A DNA stretch of 64,000 bases from an uncultured virus (IMG/VR IMGVR_UViG_3300021559_000316) (Duplodnaviria > Heunggongvirae > Uroviricota > Caudoviricetes). Numbering within the stretch: the stretch's first letter is position 1; every line of letters starts with the position of its first letter. A model generated the notes under the pieces. It was not told the origin of the DNA. It worked only from the letters and a program-made list of their open reading frames with translations, and made no database searches. Location: IMG/VR virus record IMGVR_UViG_3300021559_000316; one strand, written 5' to 3'. The position numbers and the translations under genes are program-made. Of the stretch, positions 47,321-55,904 are shown in pieces.

Positions 47321-49426
47321 TCAAGCCCTCGCGCGCGGCGGCGGCTTGGCGACCGCGACCGCGGCGGCCGGCGCCGGCTGTTCGGTCTCCTCATCCTCCT
47401 CGCCCTCTTCGCCCTCTTCCTCTTCGTCGTCCTCCTCTTCGTCGTCTTCGCTGGTGAGCACCTTCATGACCATCTGAGCGACCTCGTCACGATACGCCTG
47501 CGGCGCGTCGGGCAAGAGCGTGTCCATGAAGTCGGCGATGCGGCCTTGTCCGAGCAGATCGACCATCACCGGGATCGGGATCTGCTGTCGCATCACTTCG
47601 GTCGCCGCCTGCAAGATCATATCGGCGGCCTGGCCGGGCTCGACGCCGTCGACGAGGTTGTCCTTGGTGAGCCGCGGTGGGATCTGCTTGAGCGAGTCGA
47701 TGAAGCGATCGACGCCAGCACGAAGCTCCTTGACCTGTGGCAGAATCGGACCGAACCATTCTTCGTCGGTACGACCCAGATGCTTGCGCACCTTGATCTC
47801 GGGAACGATCGCCAGCGGCGGAACAGGCGTCGTCGACCACACGTCCTGCGCGGGAGCGGCCGGCTTGACGTTCGGGCCGACAGCCGCGACCGGCGTGGGC
47901 GCTGCCGGTTTGCCGACATTCGAGTTCGCCCCGTTGATCCCTGCTCCTGGCGCGACCGGCGCTTGGGCAGCTGACGCCTGCTGCTGTTGCTGCTCGCGCG
48001 CACGCTGCGCTTGCATCGCGGCCTGCGCCGCCATCGCCTGCGCTTGAGCCTGCATCGCCGCCGCGTTCGCCTGCGCGATCTGCGCCTGCGTCTGCTGCGC
48101 GACCGTCGCCTCCTTCGTCTTGCCGCCGATGAAGCGCTCGGCGAACGACGACGCGCGCTCCAGACCTTCCTTCACGAGCGCGATCGTCTCGGAGCCGCCG
48201 CCGCTGCTGTTCAGCTGCAGGATCTGCTCGACGGCAGCGCGCTGCATCTGAAGGATGTCTTGGTACGTGTTCGTGATCGAACGCGTCGCTTGATCGAGCC
48301 CGTTCGATGACTCCTTGGCCATCGCCATGATGTCGCGCGGGTTCAACATGAACGACGAGAGCTGCGTCATCTGCGCGGCGCTCTGGCGCGCCTGCTCCTT
48401 CACCGCGTCGATCTGCTGCCGCGCGTTCTCCTGCAGCATCATGATGATCGGATCGGGGCCCTTGTTCTGGGCCGCGGCGGCGAGCTGCGTCTGCATCGTC
48501 TCGACCAGCCTCCGCGTGTCATCGGCTTGACGCTGGATCATCTCGCGCGTCTCGCGATCGCGGCGCTCGGCCTCGCGCTCGCGGCGCTGCTCTTCGGCCT
48601 GCGCGGCGAGCCGGCGGTTCTCCTCCTTCAGCTGCTCGATCGCGGGATCGGTCGTCGGCCGCGCCGTCGCCATCGCCGCGATCATCTGCTCCAGCTTCGA
48701 GAAGCGATCGTTCTGTGCCTGCTGCTCGGCGCGCATCCGCTCTTGCGACTCGGCGCGCATCCGCTCCAGCTCCTGGCGGTGCTGTGCGGCGAGCTGCTCC
48801 TCACGCGCACGTGCGACCTGCGCCTGCGCCTCCTTGAGCTGGTCTTCGAGTCGACGGCGATCGACGTCGGCTTGCTGCGCCGCCTGTGCGGCGAAGAACG
48901 ACCCGCCGTAGTCACCGGTGCGCGTGGACACGCTGTAACCCTGCTGCGGCTGCTGCGGCTGCTGGTGCTGCGGGTAGTTCGGCTGTAGGCCCGCCGGGAA
49001 GCCGTTGGGGAACACGGAGGGGTAGGACGGGGCCATGCGCACCTGCTGCGGTTGCTGAGGTTGAGGAGACGTCGGGCGCTCGACGACGGCTGCCGCGAGC
49101 GTCGGGGGGATCTTCTCGGGATACTCACTCGGCTGATAGTAAATTTCCCAATCGATTTTCTGGGGTGATGGCGCCGTCGAGTCGGTCACGGTGATCACGT
49201 AGTAGCCACCGCCTGACCACTCGTTTACCAGCCATTGCTCGATGCCGCGGACGTCTTCCTTCGACCAGTTGGATCCCTGCGGCGTTCCATCCTCGCCGGC
49301 CGGCAACGGAATCGGAGTCCGTGTGCCACCCTTCTTCTTCTCGACGCGGACGAACAGCGGTTCGATCATCGCTTCGAGCTTCGTCGGATCGAAGATCTTC
49401 GCGCCTGCAACAATGGCCTTGGTCAC
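47321..49426 (-). CDS. large Q/E-rich coiled-coil protein (scaffold/internal protein candidate)
   Basis: long coiled coil, Pro/Gln linkers, acidic tail; TAGTGT-N7-GTG start. Confidence 0.75.
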   Translation of the reverse strand: MTKAIVAGAKIFDPTKLEAMIEPLFVRVEKKKGGTRTPIPLPAGEDGTPQGSNWSKEDVRGIEQWLVNEWSGGGYYVITVTDSTAPSPQKIDWEIYYQPSEYPEKIPPTLAAAVVERPTSPQPQQPQQVRMAPSYPSVFPNGFPAGLQPNYPQHQQPQQPQQGYSVSTRTGDYGGSFFAAQAAQQADVDRRRLEDQLKEAQAQVARAREEQLAAQHRQELERMRAESQERMRAEQQAQNDRFSKLEQMIAAMATARPTTDPAIEQLKEENRRLAAQAEEQRREREAERRDRETREMIQRQADDTRRLVETMQTQLAAAAQNKGPDPIIMMLQENARQQIDAVKEQARQSAAQMTQLSSFMLNPRDIMAMAKESSNGLDQATRSITNTYQDILQMQRAAVEQILQLNSSGGGSETIALVKEGLERASSFAERFIGGKTKEATVAQQTQAQIAQANAAAMQAQAQAMAAQAAMQAQRAREQQQQQASAAQAPVAPGAGINGANSNVGKPAAPTPVAAVGPNVKPAAPAQDVWSTTPVPPLAIVPEIKVRKHLGRTDEEWFGPILPQVKELRAGVDRFIDSLKQIPPRLTKDNLVDGVEPGQAADMILQAATEVMRQQIPIPVMVDLLGQGRIADFMDTLLPDAPQAYRDEVAQMVMKVLTSEDDEEEDDEEEEGEEGEEDEETEQPAPAAAVAVAKPPPRARA

Positions 49427-49514
49427 GGGAGCCACACTAAGCCCTATGATCATGTCTTGCAAATTGTCTGCAGGACTATTTGCAACCGACGATTCAAAGA
49501 TCTAGGGTTGGCTC

Positions 49515-50969
49515 GTGGGTGACGACAAGCCGAAGCTCCGATCGCAATTGAACCAAGTACTCGTTCCAAAGGAACGCGTGATCAGCCGAGGACAAGGCTG
49601 CTGGAACTGCTTGACCGGCGACAGCCTGATCTTGGCTCAACGCGGTTGCATCAGGCTCGACGAGGCCGAAAGGCCGACGCTGGTCCTCGGCCGTGACGGC
49701 TGGGAACCGTCGGATGCATGGCGATCAGTCAGCGCGATGGAAATTGTCGAAGTCATAACAACTTACGGCGCTAGGCTGCGCATGACACTAGATCACCGCG
49801 TGTTCACCGATCGTGGTTGGATCGCCGCGTGTGACCTTCGTCCGAGCGCGGGAAGCGGGCGCACCAGCAACTATCTGGCCGGCGACGAAGTCGTCACCAT
49901 GCCAGAGGTCGTTCACTATTCGAACGAGATCGAGCATGCAGAAGCCGAGCTTCTTGGGGCGATCACGGGTGATGGGTGGGTAATGCCGAACAAAGGCGTC
50001 GGTTTCGGCTTCTCGGCCAATCGCCTCGACGCATGGCGCGATCTACTCGTCTACGCAGGCGAGCGCTTCAACTCTCGCGAGCAGCCGCACATCAAGAACA
50101 GGAAACTGAACAATTTTTTCCAGCTGGAATGGCGAACAGCTGCAGCACGAGAGTGGGCGGCCCAACTCGACAAGCAGCACATCCCACCAAGCATCTGGCG
50201 CTCTACACCATCGGTGATCGGGGCGTATCTTCGTGGGCTATTCACTACCGACGGAACTTTGGGAGACTGTGGGGTCGTGCTCTACCAGGTAACCAGATCG
50301 CTGATCGATGAAGTTCAGTTGATCATGCGCACACTTGGCATCCAAAGCCATCGCAGGGTCGAGCTGAGGCAGCTTCCCCACCATGATCTTTACAGTCTCG
50401 CGATCAATCGCGTCGATTCTCTTCGACGCTTCGCTGAGCTAGCGGGATTCAAGGATCAACGCCGAAACCAGAAACTAGCTACCTTCCTTTCAAGGCGAGC
50501 CGTCGACACACCGGAGCGCATCCGTTCGGTGACGCCGGCCGGCGTCGCCGATGTGTATGACATCAGCGTCCCTACGACCGAGAGCTTCTTCGCCAACGGC
50601 ATGCTGGTCCACAACTGCAAGCACTGGGATCGCGAGAAAGCCAAGCCGTTGTGGACGAATAACCGCCAGAACGACCTCAAGACGGCGCTGGAGATCTCCC
50701 TGAAGTCGCCGAACGGCGAGGACGACGTGCGCGTCCACAACATCCGCAAGATGGTCAACGATCTCGATCATCTGGTGGCGTCCGGGCACATGGGTGTGTG
50801 CCTCGGCGGCGGGCGCACGGCAGACGGCAAGCCGGTCGGCGATCTCGTCGCCCACGCGTTCCTGTGCGATCGCTGGAGCGGCGTCCAGGGCGCCTCGCTC
50901 GCGACCGGCGGCAAGACGGACCCACTCCCCGAGGAACTGCACGAAAAGCTAGACAAGAAGCCTAACTAA
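49515..50969 (+). CDS. small 4-Cys (HiPIP-like) protein interrupted by a LAGLIDADG intein
   Basis: spliced product 148 aa with CWN|CKHW...GVC...LCDRW. Confidence 0.75.
   Translation: MGDDKPKLRSQLNQVLVPKERVISRGQGCWNCLTGDSLILAQRGCIRLDEAERPTLVLGRDGWEPSDAWRSVSAMEIVEVITTYGARLRMTLDHRVFTDRGWIAACDLRPSAGSGRTSNYLAGDEVVTMPEVVHYSNEIEHAEAELLGAITGDGWVMPNKGVGFGFSANRLDAWRDLLVYAGERFNSREQPHIKNRKLNNFFQLEWRTAAAREWAAQLDKQHIPPSIWRSTPSVIGAYLRGLFTTDGTLGDCGVVLYQVTRSLIDEVQLIMRTLGIQSHRRVELRQLPHHDLYSLAINRVDSLRRFAELAGFKDQRRNQKLATFLSRRAVDTPERIRSVTPAGVADVYDISVPTTESFFANGMLVHNCKHWDREKAKPLWTNNRQNDLKTALEISLKSPNGEDDVRVHNIRKMVNDLDHLVASGHMGVCLGGGRTADGKPVGDLVAHAFLCDRWSGVQGASLATGGKTDPLPEELHEKLDKKPN
49608..50615 (+). mobile_element. 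intein with LAGLIDADG endonuclease (336 aa)
   Basis: starts CLTGDS; TLDHRV block B; LLGAITGDG and YLRGLFTTDG; ends VYDISV..FFANGMLVHN followed by C. Confidence 0.92.
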
Positions 50970-50973
50970 ACCA

Positions 50974-51318
50974 ATGGAATCGTTGGTTCTATACTCGCTT
51001 CTGACCTCGGCAGCCTTCTACCTCGGCAGTCGAGCCAAGATCACACAACCACTGTGGAGCCGCTATCCCAAAGGTTTCGCACGGTTTGCCGACTGTGCCT
51101 CCTGCACTGGTTTCTGGTACGGGCTGTTCTTCGGGATGGCGCTGTCGTGGCGACCGATCTCGCTCCCCGTCGCCGGGATCCCACCGGGCTCCTGGTACGC
51201 ACCGCTGATCATCGCGATGTGCTCGATCGTCACCACGCCGATAGTCGCCGGCCTCATGCAGGCCGGTTTCGAGCGCCTCGGCACCGCAGTCCCCGACGAG
51301 CCTGAAGGTGGCTCGTGA
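50974..51318 (+). CDS. DUF1360-like membrane protein
   Basis: ITQPL..CASCTGFWYG between TM helices. Confidence 0.6.
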   Translation: MESLVLYSLLTSAAFYLGSRAKITQPLWSRYPKGFARFADCASCTGFWYGLFFGMALSWRPISLPVAGIPPGSWYAPLIIAMCSIVTTPIVAGLMQAGFERLGTAVPDEPEGGS

Positions 51319-51602
51319 CTACCAGTCGGCGCAACAACCCGATGGCGCCGTACTTCGTGCAGATGCGCGAGTTCGAGCGGAAGCTGATTCGCGCGGCGAT
51401 CGCTGAGGCCGAAGGCAAGATGAAGCTCGCAGCGCAGATGCTCGGTGTGACCCGACACTACCTGCACGCACGTGCCCGGCTCCTCGGCGGCGTCGTCGGG
51501 GACGAGCCCAAGCACGAGCCGCCCGGCAGCTCCGCCAAGGCGTGGAGCGACACGAACAACGTCGAACGCAAGCCGCGCGCGTCGGAGGCCAACGGTGCGT
51601 AA
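51315..51602 (+). CDS. Fis-family HTH protein
   Basis: FERKLIRAAI..AEG.MKLAAQMLGVTRHYL. Confidence 0.75.
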   Translation: MTTSRRNNPMAPYFVQMREFERKLIRAAIAEAEGKMKLAAQMLGVTRHYLHARARLLGGVVGDEPKHEPPGSSAKAWSDTNNVERKPRASEANGA

Positions 51603-51864
51603 CCAGATCGCCCAAGTGCTCTCCCCGAACACGACGCTCGTGCTCAAGATCGATCCGCCGATCGACGACGGAGAGAAGCCCTACGTGCTCACGCTCCGCG
51701 GCCAGGAGTCGATCGTCATCGAGATCGTCGATCCGTCTCGCGTCGAGATCTCGAACCCGACGAAAGAGATCTCGCCATTTTTCTTCTGCATCGCGAAGAG
51801 GCCGATCGCGATGCTTCGTGACTCTATTCCACCCGAGTGGCTACAGCTACTAAGGAACCTCTGA
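51595..51864 (+). CDS. hypothetical protein
   Basis: overlap-coupled; typical codons. Confidence 0.55.
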   Translation: MRNQIAQVLSPNTTLVLKIDPPIDDGEKPYVLTLRGQESIVIEIVDPSRVEISNPTKEISPFFFCIAKRPIAMLRDSIPPEWLQLLRNL

Positions 51865-52250
51865 TGCCAAATCCGATCACACTGACGCTCTCAATGGAAG
51901 ACTACAATGCTCTGCTCGCAGCGAAGCAGCAGGCCAACGAGGAGACCGCCGAGGTTCGCCGGCAGCTCGAAGCGGCGAAGTTCGTCGACGGTGATGCTCG
52001 CGTCGTGAGCGTGACGAAGTTCGCCCGCGACTGCCTCACGATCGCACGGTTCGCGGTCGCGAACCTGCCGCCCGAGATGATCAAGAGCTGGCCGTACGAG
52101 GCGCTCCGCCGCGTCGCCGAGACGATGGAGACGCTTCCCGACTTCGGGATCAGCGATCGCGACATGGCGATCGATCTGCTTGCGTTCGCGCGCGACTGCG
52201 AGGCCCACGAGCTACGTCGTCGCGGTATCGGTCTTCAGCCGATCCCGTGA
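51864..52250 (+). CDS. hypothetical protein
   Basis: TGATG coupling; AAGGA SD. Confidence 0.65.
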   Translation: MPNPITLTLSMEDYNALLAAKQQANEETAEVRRQLEAAKFVDGDARVVSVTKFARDCLTIARFAVANLPPEMIKSWPYEALRRVAETMETLPDFGISDRDMAIDLLAFARDCEAHELRRRGIGLQPIP

Positions 52251-52262
52251 CATGATCGCCGG

Positions 52263-52622
52263 GTGACGGACAAGCCCAAGCCCGAAGTGATCCACATCGT
52301 CATCGGCGGTGGGATCGTGCTCGCGGCCTATCGCGACTCCGCGGCCGACAGCGCCGAGATGCACAAGCGGTGCATGACCGGCGTGTCCGTGCAGTCCGTT
52401 CGTCTCGACGACGCACCACCGGAGATGATCCCGCTCGGTGCTACCGTGCACGAAGTCGAGCTGCTCGATCACATCCCTCCCGAGATCGAGAAGGACATCT
52501 ACGTCGAGTGGGACACCGACGGCGAAGACGTCACCCCGGTGACGCCGAAGAAGTCGACCAAGGACGACGTCAAGCCGCTCACGATCGAGGATCTCGATGA
52601 CCGAGGTGATCCCGAGCGCTGA
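52263..52622 (+). CDS. hypothetical acidic protein
   Basis: 119 aa, typical codons. Confidence 0.6.
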   Translation: MTDKPKPEVIHIVIGGGIVLAAYRDSAADSAEMHKRCMTGVSVQSVRLDDAPPEMIPLGATVHEVELLDHIPPEIEKDIYVEWDTDGEDVTPVTPKKSTKDDVKPLTIEDLDDRGDPER

Positions 52623-52764
52623 CGTTTAGTTGCAAACGATCTTCGGTTGATGATAGGTAGAGAACCAGATCGACCGCGCTGACTCGACCAGCCACCGATC
52701 TAGGTGCCCTCGTGCTAGCCCCCTAGTGGCGAGGGCACCCACCGCTTTCTGATACGATGCGAGC

Positions 52765-52935
52765 ATGATGACGCTCGGGAATCTCGGCTGCGCCGACTGC
52801 AATCGCTCGTACGGTGTCAACGGCCTCGGCCAGTCCGACGGCATCCAGCAGGGCCTCACCATCCTCGGCGTGCTCGCTGCGCTCGCCGTCGGAATCACCG
52901 CCTACAGCTTCGTGCAGGGCCGCCGGAAGCGTTAG
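52765..52935 (+). CDS. 56-aa membrane protein with VNGLG motif; not in ORF track
   Basis: MMTLGNLGCADCNRSYGVNGLGQ..TM..RRKR; TGATACGAT-N6-ATG. Confidence 0.7.
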   Translation: MMTLGNLGCADCNRSYGVNGLGQSDGIQQGLTILGVLAALAVGITAYSFVQGRRKR

Positions 52936-52949
52936 TACGAGTTAGCCCG

Positions 52950-53129
52950 TTGACTAAATACGTCGAAGGAATTCATCGCGTCACGGGCGGCGGTAACGGC
53001 TATCGCTGCTCGTGCGGCCTCGCGTTCACGAGCTGGGCCGCGGTTCTCGCGCACGTGCCGATCCAGACGGGCATCGGCACATTCCCGTTGCCGACGAGGC
53101 GTGGTACGTTCGAGCCCAGTCGCGGGTAA
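52950..53129 (+). CDS. 59-aa possible Zn-finger peptide; not in ORF track
   Basis: H..YRCSCG..F......H, TTG start. Confidence 0.35.
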   Translation: MTKYVEGIHRVTGGGNGYRCSCGLAFTSWAAVLAHVPIQTGIGTFPLPTRRGTFEPSRG

Positions 53130-53256
53130 CCACCGCGATGAGTCGGGCCTGATCAGCGCGGCGCGTTCGGTCTCCTCCTCGAACGTTGGGCGTCACGCAA
53201 GCAAGCTGTTCGAGTGGCGTGCGAACAAGAACCGAAGCTCTTGCGATGGAGGAGGC

Positions 53257-53904
53257 TTATCGACCGCCGCGCACGCCGCTGATCGGCTCGACGTTCTCCA
53301 TGTCGCGCTCTTCCTCGGTGAGGCCCTCGAACGGCTGATGCATCATGTGCTTCGCCTCCCAGATCGCGAGGTGCTTGATCTTGGTCTCGTTGCCGCCGCT
53401 CCAGCGAACGACCTCGTCCTGTAGCTTCATCTTCTCGATGGTGTCTTCGAGCCGGCCGTACGGCAGGCCGTGCCGCTTGTAGTGGGTGAAGCGCGCGAGC
53501 GCGGCGCCCTCGGCGGTCGGGAACGTGCCGAGCGTGATGAGGCCCTTCGATCCCGGATCGCGGCCCTCGGCTCGGAACCCCTTGCCGTTGGAGTAGACGC
53601 CGACGAAGCCGCTTTTGGCCTTGTCGCTGCGATGGAGCTTGGTCAGGTCGATGTCCGACGGGACCTCGTCGAACATGCGGCCACGGCCATTGAGACGCTT
53701 CAGGGCCTGCGCGAACTCGAAGCCGAGCGAATCGACCTCTCCGAGCACCGCCATGTTCTCGATGCGTCGCAGCAGGGTTTGGAACACCCACCGCGGGCTG
53801 GCGTCCATCACGACGGCGACCTCTCGTAGAAGTTCGACTAGTTTGGGCGGTAATTCGACCTTGATCGTACCGTCTAGCTCCTCTTCTTTCGACTTTCGCG
53901 CCAT
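53257..53904 (-). CDS. DNA-binding protein with AP2-like domain
   Basis: SGFVGVY..KGFRA..LGTFPTAEGAALA; N-terminal RHH-like segment. Confidence 0.7.
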   Translation of the reverse strand: MARKSKEEELDGTIKVELPPKLVELLREVAVVMDASPRWVFQTLLRRIENMAVLGEVDSLGFEFAQALKRLNGRGRMFDEVPSDIDLTKLHRSDKAKSGFVGVYSNGKGFRAEGRDPGSKGLITLGTFPTAEGAALARFTHYKRHGLPYGRLEDTIEKMKLQDEVVRWSGGNETKIKHLAIWEAKHMMHQPFEGLTEEERDMENVEPISGVRGGR

Positions 53905-54105
53905 TCGAGTACCGAAATAGCACGAATAAGCGCGATTAATCGACGCCCGTTATCAGAGATTTTTAGTGGTCGGCAGACCACACCACGAACTTTAAGCTTT
54001 TCCTGCGTACGGTAGATCACCAAACACGTCATTTTTCCTGTACTGAGTTTCAGTGAGGCGTAAAGGCATCCAGTCAAATGAGTCGATCCGGAACTTCCTT
54101 TAGGG

Positions 54106-54147
54106 GGTGGATCTGTACTTTCATTTAAATGGAAGTACAGATCGACC
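54106..54147. repeat. 42-bp near-perfect palindrome in an AT-rich intergenic region
   Basis: GGTGGATCTGTACTTTCATTT|AAATGGAAGTACAGATCGACC, 2 mismatched pairs. Confidence 0.85.
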
Positions 54148-54323
54148 TTCATTGAGGTCTCCGAAAACGGCCTTTTTGACTGGAGAACTGCACGTCTCAC
54201 TGAACGAACGATCTGTTCGAACAGAGCGCGAGCGCGGGAGCGCGGCGCGCGCAGCGCCGGTCCCGGCGTCGATCGCAGCGCGCGCACAGCGCGTCACCGC
54301 GATCCCAAGCCGTCGAACGTGAT

Positions 54324-54566
54324 CTAGTTCGGGAGCTGTGCCCTGCAGCGCGGGCACGAGCACGGGGCCTCGTCCGCGGCCAGGCCGAGCATCGTTTCGA
54401 GCGTCGCGATCCGATCCTGCTGATCGTCGACCACCTCGCGGAGTTCGTCGATAGCTACGAGGAGGAGGCCGATCTGGTCGCCGAGCTGCGCGACGATGCG
54501 ATCGCCGACGGCCTCGATGACGGCTTCCTCGGAGCGCTTGAGGTGCTTCACGGTGCGACGAGTCAC
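54324..54566 (-). CDS. small coiled-coil protein with CSCPRC tail
   Basis: heptad pattern, terminal Cys motif. Confidence 0.55.
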   Translation of the reverse strand: MTRRTVKHLKRSEEAVIEAVGDRIVAQLGDQIGLLLVAIDELREVVDDQQDRIATLETMLGLAADEAPCSCPRCRAQLPN

Positions 54567-54601
54567 GACGCGCTTCGTACTCTACACGTAGGGTCCGGCA
54601 T

Positions 54602-54913
54602 TCAGTGTATCGCCTGGCAGCCGATGGTGATGCCGTCGTTCGGGTCCTTGATCGGGATGCGCCCGCCGGTGCAGTAGATCCGACCTCCCACGACGCCCGT
54701 GTAACCTATGACGCGTTCCTCGGGCTCGTGGCCGCGCGGTTCGTGCTTGGAGGGTGGTACCGCCTCGCGGCATTCAAACGCGCCTGGCGCTCGGTCTCCG
54801 CGAAGCTGGATGTACCAGTGCTTGTCGTCGGGGCAGGAAGCTTTCGTTGGTCTGACGATCGTGCTGAAGAGCAAGACCAGCGTCGTGATGATCGACCAGG
54901 GCATTATGCTCAT
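54602..54913 (-). CDS. secreted Cys-containing protein
   Basis: signal-like N-terminus, 4 Cys. Confidence 0.55.
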   Translation of the reverse strand: MSIMPWSIITTLVLLFSTIVRPTKASCPDDKHWYIQLRGDRAPGAFECREAVPPSKHEPRGHEPEERVIGYTGVVGGRIYCTGGRIPIKDPNDGITIGCQAIH

Positions 54914-54926
54914 CGAGCGTAGCGTG

Positions 54927-55181
54927 TCAACGCGGTGGTTCGATCAACATTCGCACGGCTGCCGAGCACGCCTGGCACACCTTCCATTCGGTCTTGGTGA
55001 CGGGACCGACGAAGCTGGATCGGATTGACGTGAACACCCAGTCGGGCACCTGGAACGTGCCGTCGGCGGCGCTGCTCGTCGCACCGCAGTAGCCGTAGGC
55101 TTTGACCTTGAAACCTTCGCGCACGATCTCGTGCACGACGTGGAGCGTGGGGCCGGTCGGGAACGCCGCGATCATGTTCAA
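54927..55181 (-). CDS. small hypothetical protein (possible Zn finger)
   Basis: H..CG..CQAC. Confidence 0.5.
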   Translation of the reverse strand: MNMIAAFPTGPTLHVVHEIVREGFKVKAYGYCGATSSAADGTFQVPDWVFTSIRSSFVGPVTKTEWKVCQACSAAVRMLIEPPR

Positions 55182-55459
55182 CCTCGCTTGGTGTAGATGT
55201 GCGCGAAGATCTCGGCCGTCGTCTTGCCGGCGATCTTCTTGAAGTCGTCGTCGGAAACGTCGAGCGCTACGAACGGCCGCTCGTCGCGAAAGCCCCTGCG
55301 GATGGCGCCCTCGCGAACGGTCTCCGTCGACGTCATCTCCGTCGGCTGGAGATCGGAAACGGCGCTGCCGATCGCTGCGAGCAGCTGAGCACGTGCCGCT
55401 TCGGCGCTCTCGGCGACGATGTACACGTCGTAGATCGCGATCGTATTATATAGCCGCAC
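55178..55459 (-). CDS. hypothetical protein
   Basis: 93 aa, coupled to neighbours. Confidence 0.55.
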   Translation of the reverse strand: MRLYNTIAIYDVYIVAESAEAARAQLLAAIGSAVSDLQPTEMTSTETVREGAIRRGFRDERPFVALDVSDDDFKKIAGKTTAEIFAHIYTKRG

Positions 55460-55904
55460 GTTTGGCGTCCTCTATCTTCTTATTTCTGTTGTATCGGCAG
55501 ATCTTACACTGTCGTTGTGGCCCGCGTTTGGCCGTATGAAAGTACGTATTATCCGCTGAGAATGGATGACCGCGCTTGCAGTGCGTTTGGCGCGCGTGCC
55601 GCGCACATGGGCTTTCACCACGCATGACGTTCTCGACGAGAGACACGGCTTCCATGTGCGACGGATTTACGCAACGCGTGAGTTTGCATAGATGATCTAT
55701 CTGCAGACCATCAGGAATTTTACTAACAAGCGTTTCGAACGCTAGTCTATGTGACAGCACCTGCTTGCCATTAATCCTGAATACTCCATAGCCACCAGCG
55801 CTAGCATCAATGGCCGCAGCTAGCCATAACCAGCACCCGGAGAATGGGATTGGGATGACTTGGTCCCAGAATTTGACCGGGAGCCGATCGTCGAACAGGT
55901 TCAT
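55446..55904 (-). CDS. HNH homing endonuclease
   Basis: GCWLW..GYG.F..HRLAF..IDHLC...CVNPSH.EAV...N..RG..THCKRGH..CKIC; AT-richer than flanks. Confidence 0.88.
   Translation of the reverse strand: MNLFDDRLPVKFWDQVIPIPFSGCWLWLAAAIDASAGGYGVFRINGKQVLSHRLAFETLVSKIPDGLQIDHLCKLTRCVNPSHMEAVSLVENVMRGESPCARHARQTHCKRGHPFSADNTYFHTAKRGPQRQCKICRYNRNKKIEDAKRAAI

Noticed and set aside
47321..49426. Tape-measure protein of a tailed phage
   Set aside because: No periodic aromatic repeats, TM segments or adjacent tail-tube/chaperone genes.
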